Origin: Raillietiella orientalis
Lineage: Eukaryota
NCBI GenBank assembly: GCA_036172245.1
Contig: JAYWIR010000033.1
Coordinates: 2,046,001-2,110,000, forward strand
Direction: 5' to 3'
DNA length: 64,000 bases
The notes under the pieces were generated by a model that worked only from the letters and a program-made list of their open reading frames with translations, was not told where the DNA came from and did not search any database. Positions within the stretch are counted from its first letter, which is position 1. Every line of letters begins with the position of its first letter. This document shows positions 23,266-35,350 of the stretch, piece after piece. Made by a program: the position numbers and the translations under genes.

Positions 23266-25649
23266 GAGTGTTGACAGGCACCAAGTGTGCCCGCGGGGCA
23301 GCACGCACGGCGCCGATCGTATGTTCAGGGCGCTCCTGGTGCTGGAGGAGTCTCTCAGCCACTGAATTGGCAGCTCGAAAGGGATCGCAGAGAGCCAAGG
23401 TGATCGGGTGGCCCGGATCGAAAAGGATGCCCTGTAAGATAAGAGGCTGAATGGACCACTCCAGGAGTGGACTCCAAACTGCGATTGCGTCCGGCGGTCC
23501 AGGGAGACATAGCCCTGAAGGTCGCTTGCACCGGATCGTCCGTTGCTGCTCCAGATGCGCAGAGGGTGCCGTGGAATGGTTCCCCGTTTCGCCGCTAGAG
23601 GGGCACCTGCACCGGTGCGAGTGACGGTCGCAGACTCCTTCCGTTCGTGGGAACGACAAAACGTGAAGAGAGTGCTCAACATCTCTAGGGAACAAATTCA
23701 ATACCTCAGGAGAGAAAGCATACACCTCGAACATACACCACTCACGAAAGACATGCTGGAAGCGGATGGTGAGCCATCGTTCGGGTTAAAGCTATTCGAG
23801 AGAGCGCAGCGTTGTCAAGAGGAGCAGATGGAGAGTTCAGGTTGATTATAAGAAGATTATGAGAAGATATTCCCTGTCTTTGACTGTATTCAAAGAAATG
23901 TGATTTCTAGACAGTGACGTGAAAATGAGTTTTTAAATTTATTATGGGAACAACGAAATTGGTTTCCAAGGAAACACCGCTGTCTTCTTGTCTCTGATAA
24001 GCTGTACATGAATAAAGAAAGGTAGCGAACGAGCATTCCGGATGTTTTTTGAAGAATCAGTTTCTCTCTGAAGGAAGCGTCGCTAGAATTTCCTGCTTAT
24101 GTATGCTACAGGAAATTGTGATTCCCTGCATCAATGAGCTGTAACTCCAAACAGATTTTATTCCAAGCAAATAGAGATCGTCACACCAACACGACTTGGA
24201 GAAGAGTCATCTCAAAGCTAAGTTCACCGAGGGCAAATAGGAAAAAGATGGTGGCTGCAGTTATCCCCTTTTTCTTCCGAACAGACTCCCCATCCAGGTT
24301 CCCATTATGGAATACTCGGTGAGCAGACGTTATTTTTTGAAATCCCATGAGACTGGAGGAATTTAAGTTCGACACTGACACGAAACACTTCATCAGTACT
24401 GTCCACCCACACGTCGCTATCAACTCTGGGGTTAAGTCAATGATAATAAGAAAACGACGCTACTTATTTTGATGACAGAACTCATTTTCGCGGAAGCACA
24501 CGATGCTTGGCCGGAGGGTAATAACCTGACTTTCCTTGCTGTGCTTTGTTTGGCTGAACAGAGTTTTCGTTTTCGAAACTGTGTCTGAAAATACTCTTTA
24601 TGGAAATTCAAGTTGTGTTTCAAAAATGTGGAATGGCGCGAAGAAAAATAGAATCCCCCGAAGCAGCTGGAATCTGAACGCGAACGAATGGATTTCACTG
24701 ATGAAAAGTTCCGCCGCATTCATCAAAAGAAAAGAGTTGAGATTCAAACAGACCGCGCATCTTCGTCGCGCCTAAATTCGGAATTCCGAACTGACCATAT
24801 AACTTATAGAAAAACAGGCAGTCGTGTCGACAGTGCGAAAGCAGGCGTGACGTAATCGTTCCTTTTAACTGACGGACAACTCGTCGAAAAGGTGCTACTG
24901 GTCCACAGAAGTCTAAGAAATGGGGACAGACATCTGCAGCTTGGTCCCCATCGAAATTCGAGCAATACCTGACGGAGATCTCACGCGGATGAGGCGAAAC
25001 CTCGGTTCAGAACATTCGAAGGAAAAATTTCGATTGCTGCGTCAGCACACTCTCTTCTGGCACTTCTTTCAGCAGCCGCGTTTCCCAGGAAACGTTCCTC
25101 AGCGGCATCTTTTTTTTGTTCGAAATTTTTTCAACGCTGAGCTTCCAACACTTGTGTGCTTCCATCTGGAAGATGGAAGAAGATGAGAGTGTGTTTTCTG
25201 GGAACTTTTGGTAGTCGATTTGCGTCCCATTTGAAGAATGGAATAACCCTTCGGATAACTGCATCCGCAGTCGAAATCCACCGCTGCTATGTGAAAGCCC
25301 CCAAGACGATGGAGATGACTTGGAGTGCGCCTATATCTTGAGATTCCAATAGCTAATCTGTGGTCTGTGGGGTCACCGCTGCAACTAGTGCCAGCATTGG
25401 AAACCGAATTCCTCATCGCTGGGAAGGGTGAAGGCAAATGCGATTCCATGTCCCGGAAATTAAGGATAACAACACACGGTTTTTATTCTTCCCTGAAAGT
25501 GGACATGCCAAGAACCAACCCCTCCGATAGTGGTTATTGGAAAAGGAAAAGACTCAGCTCTTCGTCCACATGGAATGCTTGTGATAGGTGAAGACTGCTG
25601 ATAATACATTTTCTAAATCTATGCCATTAAACAGATCTCTTCTAGGCAC

Positions 25650-25780
25650 AGTGGATGCTGCTCAAAGAATGCCTCACTCTGCGGATGAGCACCAGGAGAT
25701 CGAAAAAACTCGATCCATCCGCATTTAGCAAATATCACACAACAGCCAGTCATCTCTGCTGTACCTTATTTTGGCTGTAC
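25650..25780 (-). pseudogene. F-box-like N-terminal fragment
   Basis: IFAKCGWIEFFR then (frameshift) LVLIRR, same motif as the 22540 and 51100 fragments. Confidence 0.35.
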
Positions 25781-27579
25781 AGATAAAGTCTATCGCTTTC
25801 ATGACTAAGGAATGTTTGTCAGAAATCCACTTGGAATTTCTACATCTAGAGAAGCTCCTTCGATCTGAACTTCAGGAAAAGGTGATGGAAGCAAGTAGGG
25901 CTCTTAGGAAAGATCTTTGGATGCTTTCCCTGCAGCAAAAGGATGAGCAGCATCCCGAGTTCAGCTCACACAATCCGATTTCTACGTTTCGTATTTGCTA
26001 CCACATCGGCTGTGAAGGTTTTCGAAAGTGAATTCTGTGTCTGCTGCGAAGATTCGTCCAAAATTCGAGTGTACAACGCGATTCGTACAACATCCACAGT
26101 GTATCATTCGTATTACGCAATCTCCGATTTGCCGTCGGTCTCTTGCTTACCCCTATTCCTTTTTTGCTTCTTCTCTGCTTTAGCGAATCACATCCTCACA
26201 GCTACAAGACCTGATGGAACTAATAGTTACACTGCCGGTAGAAGGATGAAGTCCCAGAAAACACCGTACTTGAGTTCTCTTCCGAGGTTTCCGAGGTTCA
26301 CGAAATCTGTAAGTTTTTCTTTCGAAATTGTAAGTTTTTCTGTAAGTTTTTTTTTCGGGTAGAAATTTTCTGCTCCTTGAAGATTTTTCCAAACCGCTTT
26401 AGCGTTCTTCACCCCTCCGCCACAGATTTTTCAACACCATGAAATGAGTTTTCTGAATGGACATCTCTTCACGGCACTCCGCAGCCCGAGGTATCCATGG
26501 CTACCTGAGATGGGCAAGGATCCTTCGCGTTGCCAACTTAGAGGTTTTCCAGCTGGACATACCACTTTGGGAGACCCTTCTAGCGGCCAAAAAAAAAAAA
26601 CATTTCGGCCGTTTTTCAATCAGTGGCCTTCGAAGTTTACAGGGTTTGCATGGTTGCAGAGAAAATTTTCAATTACGGGTGCTGCAAATAGTCTGATATA
26701 AAATGTTCCGGATGTTTTCATCAACCCCTGCTTCAATCTCGCAGGATGTGGAGTCTCATGAACAAATTATTGCACTGTTGATAAAAGACTATCCAGAAAA
26801 ACGACTTCCATTTTTGTCTCTAAAAATGATGTGGATGTGGATCGTTGCCTGCGACACATTCCGTTTCGTTATCAGTCGTTTGGCGGCGACCACCACTTCG
26901 CGGCTGAATCTACTTTCTGTTGCTCCCGCTGTTGCCTCCTTGACGACATCTCCTCAAGGCCCCTCTTCTTGGGAAGTCAGGTTTCCGTCTGCGCTTCCCT
27001 CGTTTTCTGTGCATCTACACCCCCGGCAGGCGTGACTTCGAGCCACCCTTCCCTCCTTTTCCTGTAGACTGGGAGCACGGCAGGCTGGATCGCTGGCTGG
27101 ACAGCCGTTTCGTCGGGCAGGGAAATCTCCTGGAGAACGAGCTTCCTCTGCTTCTGTCTGTCCGGGGAGCAATCTGCGTCTTCCTGCACCTGGTGTTGGT
27201 CTCATCTCTGCATTTCGCTGCGGACGTCTTCTCCCGTGGTTGTTCGTTTCCAGCTTTCTTCGGCGTCCTGTGAACGCTGCCGATTTTGGAATTCAGACCA
27301 TTCCTGAAACGTCCTGCATTCCTTCCTTTCGTGGCCGATGCTTTTGCAAAACAGGTACCACTTGGGGCGTGCACGCAATCGGCTGACGCATGTCTCCTTA
27401 CCACGCCTCTCGTGCCGGGGCGCGTCGCTGTTCTGTGGCCGAACGCCATGCATGTCCGGCAAAAGTCTGGCTGTTCGCCATTGGCTACCTGCACCATTTG
27501 GGAGTGTTCGTCGAGCCGGGCGAGGTTGCGGATCTTCGCATCTTTGAGCATGAGGATCTTCATCACCACGGGTAAAGCT

Positions 27580-28266
27580 TCTCTCTGAATCCAGGAAGGG
27601 CTCGGAGTCCGTTCCTCTCACGCTTGGGGAGGGATCCCCCCGGACGGGGGGGATCTCACCTCCCACCCTGGTTGTCTCCGAAGGGGAACCCCGAAGGGAA
27701 TCTCTTTCCTCATTCTCTTCGGAGGGACACCCCCTGGGAGGGGGGTGGTCCTCTCCATTTCATTTTCTCCGAAGGGAACCCGGAAAGGATCCGCTAGTAG
27801 GAATTTCTTCTCCGGAGGGAACCCGCAAAGGAGCCGCTCCTGTTCACTCCTCTGAAGAGAACCCCGAATGGATGCTTTCGAAATTCAGAAGGGGCTATGC
27901 AGCTTCCCGCAGGGGAATCGCTCTCGCTTACTTCCTTGCACTCTGTGAAGAGGCGACGACTCGGAGGGACCCATTTTGAACTGGAGAGTCGCTTGTGAGG
28001 GCTCCTGCTCCATCTTGAAACCGGAGGAGTCCCCCGGTGAGGGGGAACTCCCCACTCCTTGATTCCTGGGAGGACCCGAAGGTCAATTCCCATTGTTCCG
28101 GCCTTCATGGGGGGCCTCCGGCTTAAACGACCACCACGCCCGAATGTCTCGTCCAACCAGAGCCATTGCAGGAGAAACTCGAAACCCAAGGATGCAATGG
28201 CGTCAGTTTCTGCCGGAGTATTCGAACCCGCGACGCATGGTGCCACGCGCGGAAGCCTTAACCACA
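27580..28266 (+). mobile_element. Non-coding structured insertion element, copy 2 (687 bp)
   Basis: Homologous to 4103-4745; flanks AAGCT (27575-27579) and AAGCC (28267-28271); excision restores the host ORF1 frame. Confidence 0.85.
27586..27887 (+). ncRNA. Candidate type III hammerhead-like ribozyme with large stem-I insertion (copy 2)
   Basis: TGAATC (27586-27591); AGGA (27593-27596)/TCCT (27848-27851) stem I; CTGAAGA (27852-27858); GAA/TTC stem II; GAAA (27880-27883); TCTGAAT/ATTCAGA stem III. One extra C at the cleavage junction. Confidence 0.4.
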
Positions 28267-28839
28267 AAGCCTCCGAGAGGTCAGACCTTCTCTCAAACGT
28301 CGACGGCTCCACCCTATTGTTCAAAGTGCGTCCATATGCGGCCTCTTGCGGTCCCAGCCTCCAGATCCGACAGTTGGAATGTCGCTGTCTCCTGTTCGCA
28401 GATCCCGTGTCCATTGTCCATTCTCTACGAGATCGTCGATTACTTCGGGGCTGAGCCTGTACACGGAAAAGCCCCCCAAGAACGGCACGATTGCTTTGAT
28501 CTTCATGAAGTCGATCTTTTGGTGGTGCATCGCGAGACGGATATCACGCACCGCACTGTTGGTCACTGGTCCCATCGGGAAGGTGCTGATGTTCATCTCC
28601 GCACCAAAATCTCTCAAGGGGCGTCGAATCCTTCTTAATTTCTCTGCGGGAGATAAGCACCTCGTTCCGTTGTTGCCACGGAAGTGACCACAGTTGCACA
28701 TGACAGCGCTGTGGTGGCTGTGGTCGTCGCTGTGGCCGACGGTTCTGTTTTTCCACTTCCATCTTCTCCATGTTCCCTTCCGGTGGATTGGGTCCGGACT
28801 ATCGGCTTCTTATTACTTCACAATGGACTTAGTCACTTG

Positions 28840-29870
28840 TTTCCCGAAGTCCCTCAAGGGGTGGGGTAAATTTATTTTCTTTGATCATTCACTCTAGGTA
28901 TTCATGCATTCTTTTTCTCCAATTATTTCACTTATGTCTTCTGGGATTATCATTGAGGTTCACTATACTTGGGGAACTGGGCGTAGTTTATGCCTAGACG
29001 TTGTCCTCAATCCTTCTCAGGATATGTCGGTAGTTCCAGGCCTGTACTATTCCACAGTTTCTTATGCCGATCTCCTTGTGGATAAGCCCTTTCAGGATTT
29101 CCATCGGAGATACGGCGGTGCTGGTGGTCTTCATCTTCCACCACCGCACATTGATGGCGGTGCTGAAGAGGGCGATGGTCATCCTTAAAATGGGATTGTA
29201 ACAGGGAACGTTCCCATTTCCTTGGAACATGCCTGCTAAAATTCTCATGGTCGATGTGGTGCACAGCCCGATTCAGTGTGGGTGAGGGTGTGAGGGTAAA
29301 GGTGTGCCACTCTTGTTGCATAGTGGGGCAGGTGAAGACGTGGAGTCTTGTATGCTTGTCTCCAAATGCTTTGCAGTCCTCCTCTTCTTCCTGTGAAACG
29401 CTTCATGGCTGTCCCGCACAGGATTCCTCCATGATAAAACATCTTGTGAATCCAGTGACAAATCTCTCTTCCGGAGCGTCGTTTCGATCGCCAACAGGTT
29501 TATCCCAGCACTCCCGTGGCGATCGGAGGCTTCTTGGAGGACACTGGTGTATTTTTCCTCTTCGATTATTAGTCGGCGTAGGTTTCTCTTTGTCACCCTG
29601 GACCACACGCAGTTGTGGTTTTTCCACACTTTGCGGATCCTGTGGGTGAATCTTCCAGTTATCTTGTCAATGTATGGGAGTACTCGGGAGTGTTCAAGGT
29701 ACTCTCCTTGTCTCCATGCTTCAGCTGCTTGCAAGGTAACCCTGGACCGCTGGTGGATCCAGTCCTCCATATCCGGAGGTACCGGGAGCATCCACGGGAT
29801 GCTCCCAGTACCGGCTTCCTTAGTCACTTCCAGTCTGTCACTTCCACTTATAGAGACATTCACAATTTAC
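28840..29870 (-). mobile_element. 3' end of LINE family B, copy 2
   Basis: DCKAFGDKHTRLHVFTCP; AINVRWWKMK...PMEILKGLIHKEIGIRNCGIVQAWNYRHILRRIE; terminal motif 28876-28840. Confidence 0.75.
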
Positions 29871-31719
29871 TGACTCTTCTAATGCTTTCTTTTCACTGTA
29901 GGTAATATGACCAGCAGCGCGGCGCTCTTCTTGCAAAAGTGCCGAGCACGTGCAGCAGTAGCTTAACATTTCAAGTGATTAATTCTTAGCTTGCATTTTA
30001 TTTTTGTACTATTGAATCTGACATTAGATGATTCAATAATAATAATGATAAGTTCCTAGGTATTAAAGTCTGGGGATTTTCTTGTTCGAAGGCCATCTAG
30101 AGGGACTCCATCAATTTCTGTTGGCAGCCCTGCCAGCGGCTTGTTCAAAAGACAGGCCGCCCAAGGAGGAGAGCCGTTTCACCTCATCGATGCCGTCAAG
30201 AAGAACGACGAAAGCCAAACCGAAAGTAGGTTCGGGGGTCATCCCCTGATGTGAGCGGCTCTGGCTTCTGAACCAGGTCAAAGTGGAGTCTGGAGTCTCA
30301 GTGCGTGACATTTATGACAACAAGCGATAGCTCTTAAAGTGGCGCATTCACTGCAGGCAGTGACGTCAAATCGAAAAATTAGGCGTTAATGTAAACAAAG
30401 AAGTGTACAAAGAAGCCGAACGGTTACAACAACCAAATACAAATGCAGATGTATTCACAGATGCTTCGAATTTATGTTTACTTGGCCACGATTCATCTGC
30501 AAGAACGTTCGTGATAACGAGCTGCTTTGAAGTTTCTCGTCACTCACGGTTTGTGGAGCAATCGTCCGATCTGCTGGCACATTGGCTCAGGAAAATTCAC
30601 ACGTTGACCCACCCATCCACCAAAAATCTCATTCCAGTAATGCGTTGTGACTTCCGTACCACATTCTCGGCTGGCTGCAGAACGGATTTTCAGCAGGGAG
30701 GTTGCCCCATGCGAAAACGAATACGTTTCCTGCCACCTTGGAGAATGCACCAAAAGCTCTGAAAACAACCGATGACGACACCAAACGTGGAAACTCGAAT
30801 TGTCATCGGTTAATGAGAATGACGCAACGGGTCGATGCCGACAATTTGTCGCATTTCGTATCATCCTTGAGAGGAAGGTCCACCCGAGATCTGTTGCGAC
30901 AAAGAGTCTGCCCAGCACGAATTTATGAGGAAGATGCATTCTCTTTTCTTTTCTTCTCCCCCCCTCCCTCCCCACATCTTGAGGGCGTCTGACACTTGTT
31001 TGAGCTGAAAGGTCCTTTCCTCCGTTTCCAACTTCATTGAGACTCCAATAGAAACTGCCATGAATGCAACACGTGGCTTAAAAAAAGGGGGAGCGTATTT
31101 CAGGCTTTCTCTTCAAAACATGCGCTAGCCTGTGCTCCAATCTTCCAAGGAGGGAAATGCTTCCTGCCGAGATGCATCCCATTCAAGTACCCTCACTCCG
31201 AATGCCGCGATGGCTTCTTTGTTTTCCCGAGATTCCTGGCAGCAGCTGCATCGGGAAACAAAAGTTGCGATGGGAAGCAGCCGCGGAGCAGCGCGGTCTT
31301 AGAGGCACGTTTTCGGAAGACTTGACAGTGGTGTGAATGGCGTCTCCCAGCCAGCGGCCAAATGATCTGCAGCTCTGCAGCATCCGAACGAACGGACCAC
31401 CATTTTGCAAGGATTCTTTCGGAGAACGACAGGACAATTGTGTGTTTTCATGCCCGAGAGAATCGATCCAGGCGCTCGCTAATCAAATCGTTCTTCGTGC
31501 TGGCTCTTATTCTGCACTCCTGCCAGGGTTTTCCACAAAGAGGAAAATTCCTGTTTGTTTGTGTTCCTCAACTTTATTTTCTTCTTGCGAGCTATTTCTT
31601 TTCTGTAAATGCTTCTACCTGAGATGGAAGCATCGCCTTTTACGCGATGGCACGCGAATTCCAAGTTTTCCCCGAGGGGTCGCCCCTAAAGGAAGCAGAG
31701 CATCTCTTCACACTCTGCA

Positions 31720-32620
31720 GTAGAGGATCATCAATCCACCAGCTACGTGGCGCCCAAAGATACCTCACCTGCTCGACAAGACCGAGACCACTTCGCCGCA
31801 AGGGGCTGCTCTTGACCTCTCCGAGGCCAACAGTGCAGAGTCTATCCTAGAGGACATTGCGGGTGTGTGCGAGCGATGCCTACCAGATACCGCGCCGATC
31901 TCATGTGTAAGGGGTCTCTGGTAGGGTAGACGTCCCTGAAGCATGTCCTCAATCACTGCATCGGGGACGCACATTCCAGAACGCCGAAAGGTACAACGAA
32001 CTGGTGGTCTGGAACAAGAGGGCTCTTCAATAAAAGTGAGAGCTGGTGGACTCCCACGAACCCATTCCCGGCAGGTTCGACACTGAGATCGGATGTGCTG
32101 CTCCGAAATGACGGGGGCCTGTCAATGGTAAACCCTTCCCGCGAATGACAATCTTCTGCTGAAGCACCTGGAGGAGACGAAAGGAGAGAAGAACTAGTCT
32201 TTCGCCTTCGCCACAATGTACCAGAATCCATCAGAGAGATGGTCGTAACATCCTTTGGTTCACCACCCTCCGAGGAGAATATCAACCATCCCTTTGGTAG
32301 GCAATGGAGGGTTTTTTTCGCAGTCGGAGAGACGAAGACCCATTTCTTTGGCGTCGATCCTTTTCGAAGGGATTCGAACTCTCAATGCTTGCAACCACGT
32401 GAGGAGACCTCAGCCACACGTGGGCATTTTACGTGCCTGGGGCAGTCGCTGCTTGTAACCGATTTGCCGCGGGAGCTCGATCTCTTGGAAACCATTCTTC
32501 TCTCGGGTTCGGAGGAGATCCAATAATTCGAAATCCGCGCAAATTTTCGTTAATGACTTCCCAAGAATAGAATGAGCTCCATCGATCGATGGAAGCAAAA
32601 GTGCTTCGATCTGTATCCAT
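31720..32620 (-). mobile_element. Possible LINE APE/linker remnant
   Basis: GFTIDR...STSDL resembles the APE RID...SDH segment; heavily decayed. Confidence 0.3.
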
Positions 32621-32866
32621 ATTCTCCTGCTTGATCTTGTCCTCGGCTCTTTGTCAGATCTGATGGTCCAAGCGGCGGAGCATGTGTCGCATCCTGAGAT
32701 AAAGCACCAAGATATCTGTGCTTTTATCTCGAATGGGCATTTTGCAGTGATTCCTTGTTTCGTATACCCAGGGGAGTAAGTGGGTTAAGCTGGTGAGTTA
32801 AGACCCGGAAACGGAAAATCTCAACCATCTCGATTTTTATTTGGATTTTTATCCGGTGGCTCCGAA

Positions 32867-33700
32867 CGTTTATTTTGAAAAAAGGAAACTACAATTAGAG
32901 GGGAGAAGTACCCCTCAAAAAAGAGAAGTGTCAATAAATTCATTGGGGATGATCAACCGTACGCAGGCCGGCTACCAAAAAATAAAAAAAACGGAGGGAG
33001 TGGCCAACCAATACATAAAAAAAACCGCGAGGATAAAGACCGGAGGGTTCCATTCGTCCCTTACATTCTAGAAGAAGCTCTGAATGACGGCGATCTCCCT
33101 GGAGACTTCCGGGAGAGGAAGCAACCTTGCTGCTGCCCCCATGAGAGCTGCTGCCATGCTGGTGGCCTCCCTTCACTGAGAACCTGACTGCAGCACATAG
33201 CGGGCTGTCACTAAGGCGCGGATGCAGAATCTCGTTGGGATCGCAGCACCCCTCCCGGTATGGTGAAACGGACGAAGGACCCCCTTCGAAAAGCCCTCTG
33301 GGGCAATGGGGGTCCCGCGTGCTATTAAAAGACTTCTGTGCTCCTCGTCGCCACGGAGGACTTGAACTTCTGACGTTGGAGCGCATGGAAGTTCAACTGA
33401 GCTTCTGAAAACTGACCTTCGTCACAGAACTGGGTCATCCATTGGTACGCCCCTGAACGTTCGCTTTCCCGGCTGGCTGTCGGTGGCGAAGGACTCGCAT
33501 CCCTGTTTGCGTGTCAACACCGCCGCCTCCCATCTTACGGCTTCCCCCTCCGGTGCGTCGCTGCTCTGGTGAGAGCGAACACGTGGATTTCCTGCCGCCC
33601 TGCGAACACTCCGGCCTGGTGGCACAAGAAAGTGAGGACGTGGGTCCAGCTGACCCGGATTCCTCCAGAAGTTTTCCGCCGCCGAGGGTTTCAGAAGAAC
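32867..33700 (-). mobile_element. 3' fragment of a family A-like LINE
   Basis: T-rich 3' UTR on minus ending AAAATAAACG (32876-32867); GC-rich ORF2-tail remnants upstream. Confidence 0.45.
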
Positions 33701-33749
33701 AGCGGAAGAACACTGGAGGCGGTGGGTAGTGAGCTGACCGTGTTAGCCT

Positions 33750-34570
33750 ACCCAGCAACCATCCCCTCCGCCGCAGCGATGTCCTCCGCTGTTGAGGTAC
33801 ATGGCACCTGCCTACAGGCGAAATGGGAGAGTTTTTGCGAGATCTCGACCTGCAGGGAGCCTATCGGTGGCTGCACTCCGCAGCAACAGCAAGAACCGTC
33901 TCCCAAGGACTGGAATGTTGGGGTGAACCCTTATCCATTGGGCCCGAAGAGTTGGAAGTATGTTCTTGGACAGCAAGCTGCTTCCCATCAAATGGCAGCA
34001 GCAGGCGTTGCTGATACTGCACTGGGGTTTCCCGTGCAATGCGCGCCGGTGCCACTAGTCCAGGGGGAGCTCATCGCCGAACTGCCCCAGAGAAGGAGAC
34101 CTTCCCCTACCCCTTGCTGTAGTGCGTCTCGCCCTCCGGGACTTGTGGGAACGTTTCTCTGCGTCCGTGGGCGATCCCAGAGACTCTTTGAGGCCCCACC
34201 TCGTGCGGGACGCCATGACGCCCGCAGCCGCAGTGGCAGAGCTGTGCTGCGTGCTCCGTGTCGTCGCGGCGAAGTGCGGCGCCGAGAGGGGCCGGAGAGA
34301 CGGGGGCCCGCCCTGCACGCCATCCGCTTCCTGCAGAAAGCTTTAAGAAGGTCCCACCTGGAATGGAGAGAAGGAGGAGCTCACGGGCATCCTTCAACGG
34401 ATCCAGAGGTCTCACCCACCACGAAATGTAATCCCTTCCCTTTCCACCGACTAATCTTTTCTTGTTTGTTTGTTATCATTTTCTATTTTTGTTTCATCCC
34501 CCTTCCCCTTCGTGGACGTGATGGACCTCTCTGCCCCCCCCTTCTTTCCAGTGTAACAATTGGACTTGGT
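33750..34570 (+). mobile_element. 3' fragment of LINE family A
   Basis: CACTGGGG (the family's LHWG motif) at ~34020, zinc-finger remnants, AELCCVLRVV tail, pyrimidine-rich 3' UTR. Confidence 0.55.
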
Positions 34571-34574
34571 GGGC

Positions 34575-35350
34575 CATCAGCACCCGGGTGTGAAATCACA
34601 GCGCCTTTCTTCAGCCCGCCTCCGCTGAAGAAGCGTCGCAGCAAGTGCAAAGAGGTGTTCCGGGAGTTAGGGGAGGCAGCTCTCCTGGAATCCAGGTGTC
34701 TGAGCTGCTTGCACTGGAATCCCCAGTGCAGAAACAGCAGGACATCCCGTTTCCACCGAAGCGGAAGCACGGAGGTGTCCACACACAGGGAAAGGACCAC
34801 AAGTTCTTCGGGAGGCACATCAAGTAGCTCACTCCACCGAGGGAGTCCCTGCGCCCGGAAAACGAGAAGTGGCAGCGTTCACCAACTCCCTCCTCGGCTT
34901 CCAGCCGTTGAGGAGTTTCTCAACCCCAGCAGTTTTGCAGGAAAACGCCCACTCTGCCAGTTGGCTGCCGTCATCTTTTCCCCTGAGGGCAGTCGGTGCT
35001 GTGGCAAGGGGCCAGACAGCTATCCGGGGCAATGCGTTCCAGTCCTGCAGGAGATCTCCCGGCGGTTTGCGTGGGAGATTCTGCAGCGATCGCAGTTCTT
35101 CTGGAAGCAAAGGTTCCGGTTCCAATGTTCCAGTCCAGTGCTCCAGAGCTTCCTGCAGCCAGGCATTCCAGTTTTGTAGGCAGCAGCAGATCCACGGGTG
35201 GACTACAAGTAGTGAAGGCTGATGCCTCAGGGGGAGACCACAGCCAGTCCTCCGGCATAGGTTGCGCGCGGCACCAGCGAAAGAAGTCCTGAACTTCCAG
35301 CGCCTCGCCGGAGGATGGGGCGTGTCGGAGCACACCACAATTTCCCACAC
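34575..35350 (-). mobile_element. 3' fragment of LINE family A
   Basis: LPLRWKRDVLLFLHWGFQC and LLRRFF, matching the 46260 and 55040 copies. Confidence 0.75.

Larger units (their letters stand above)
26950..28750 (-). mobile_element. L1/Tx1-type ORF1 (RRM-like region plus two zinc knuckles), split by the 27580-28266 insertion
   Basis: IKAIVPFLGGFSVYRLSPEVIDDLVENG; AYGRTL; GEQPDFCRTCMAFGH; LFCKSIGHERKEC. Removing the insertion plus one 5-bp duplication gives in-frame DLSEALPVVMKILMLKD. Confidence 0.75.

Noticed and set aside
26280..26355. TGTAAGTTTTT x3 and TCCGAGGTT x2 as transposon subterminal repeats
   Set aside because: No matching opposite end or terminal inverted repeat found in the window.
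30850..30930. LFVATDLG as a helicase motif
   Set aside because: Single short match with no other helicase motifs.
33569..35179. Longest ORF (536 aa) as a gene
   Set aside because: It crosses three LINE fragments of opposite orientation and a 3' UTR; a chance GC-rich open frame with no coherent domain.
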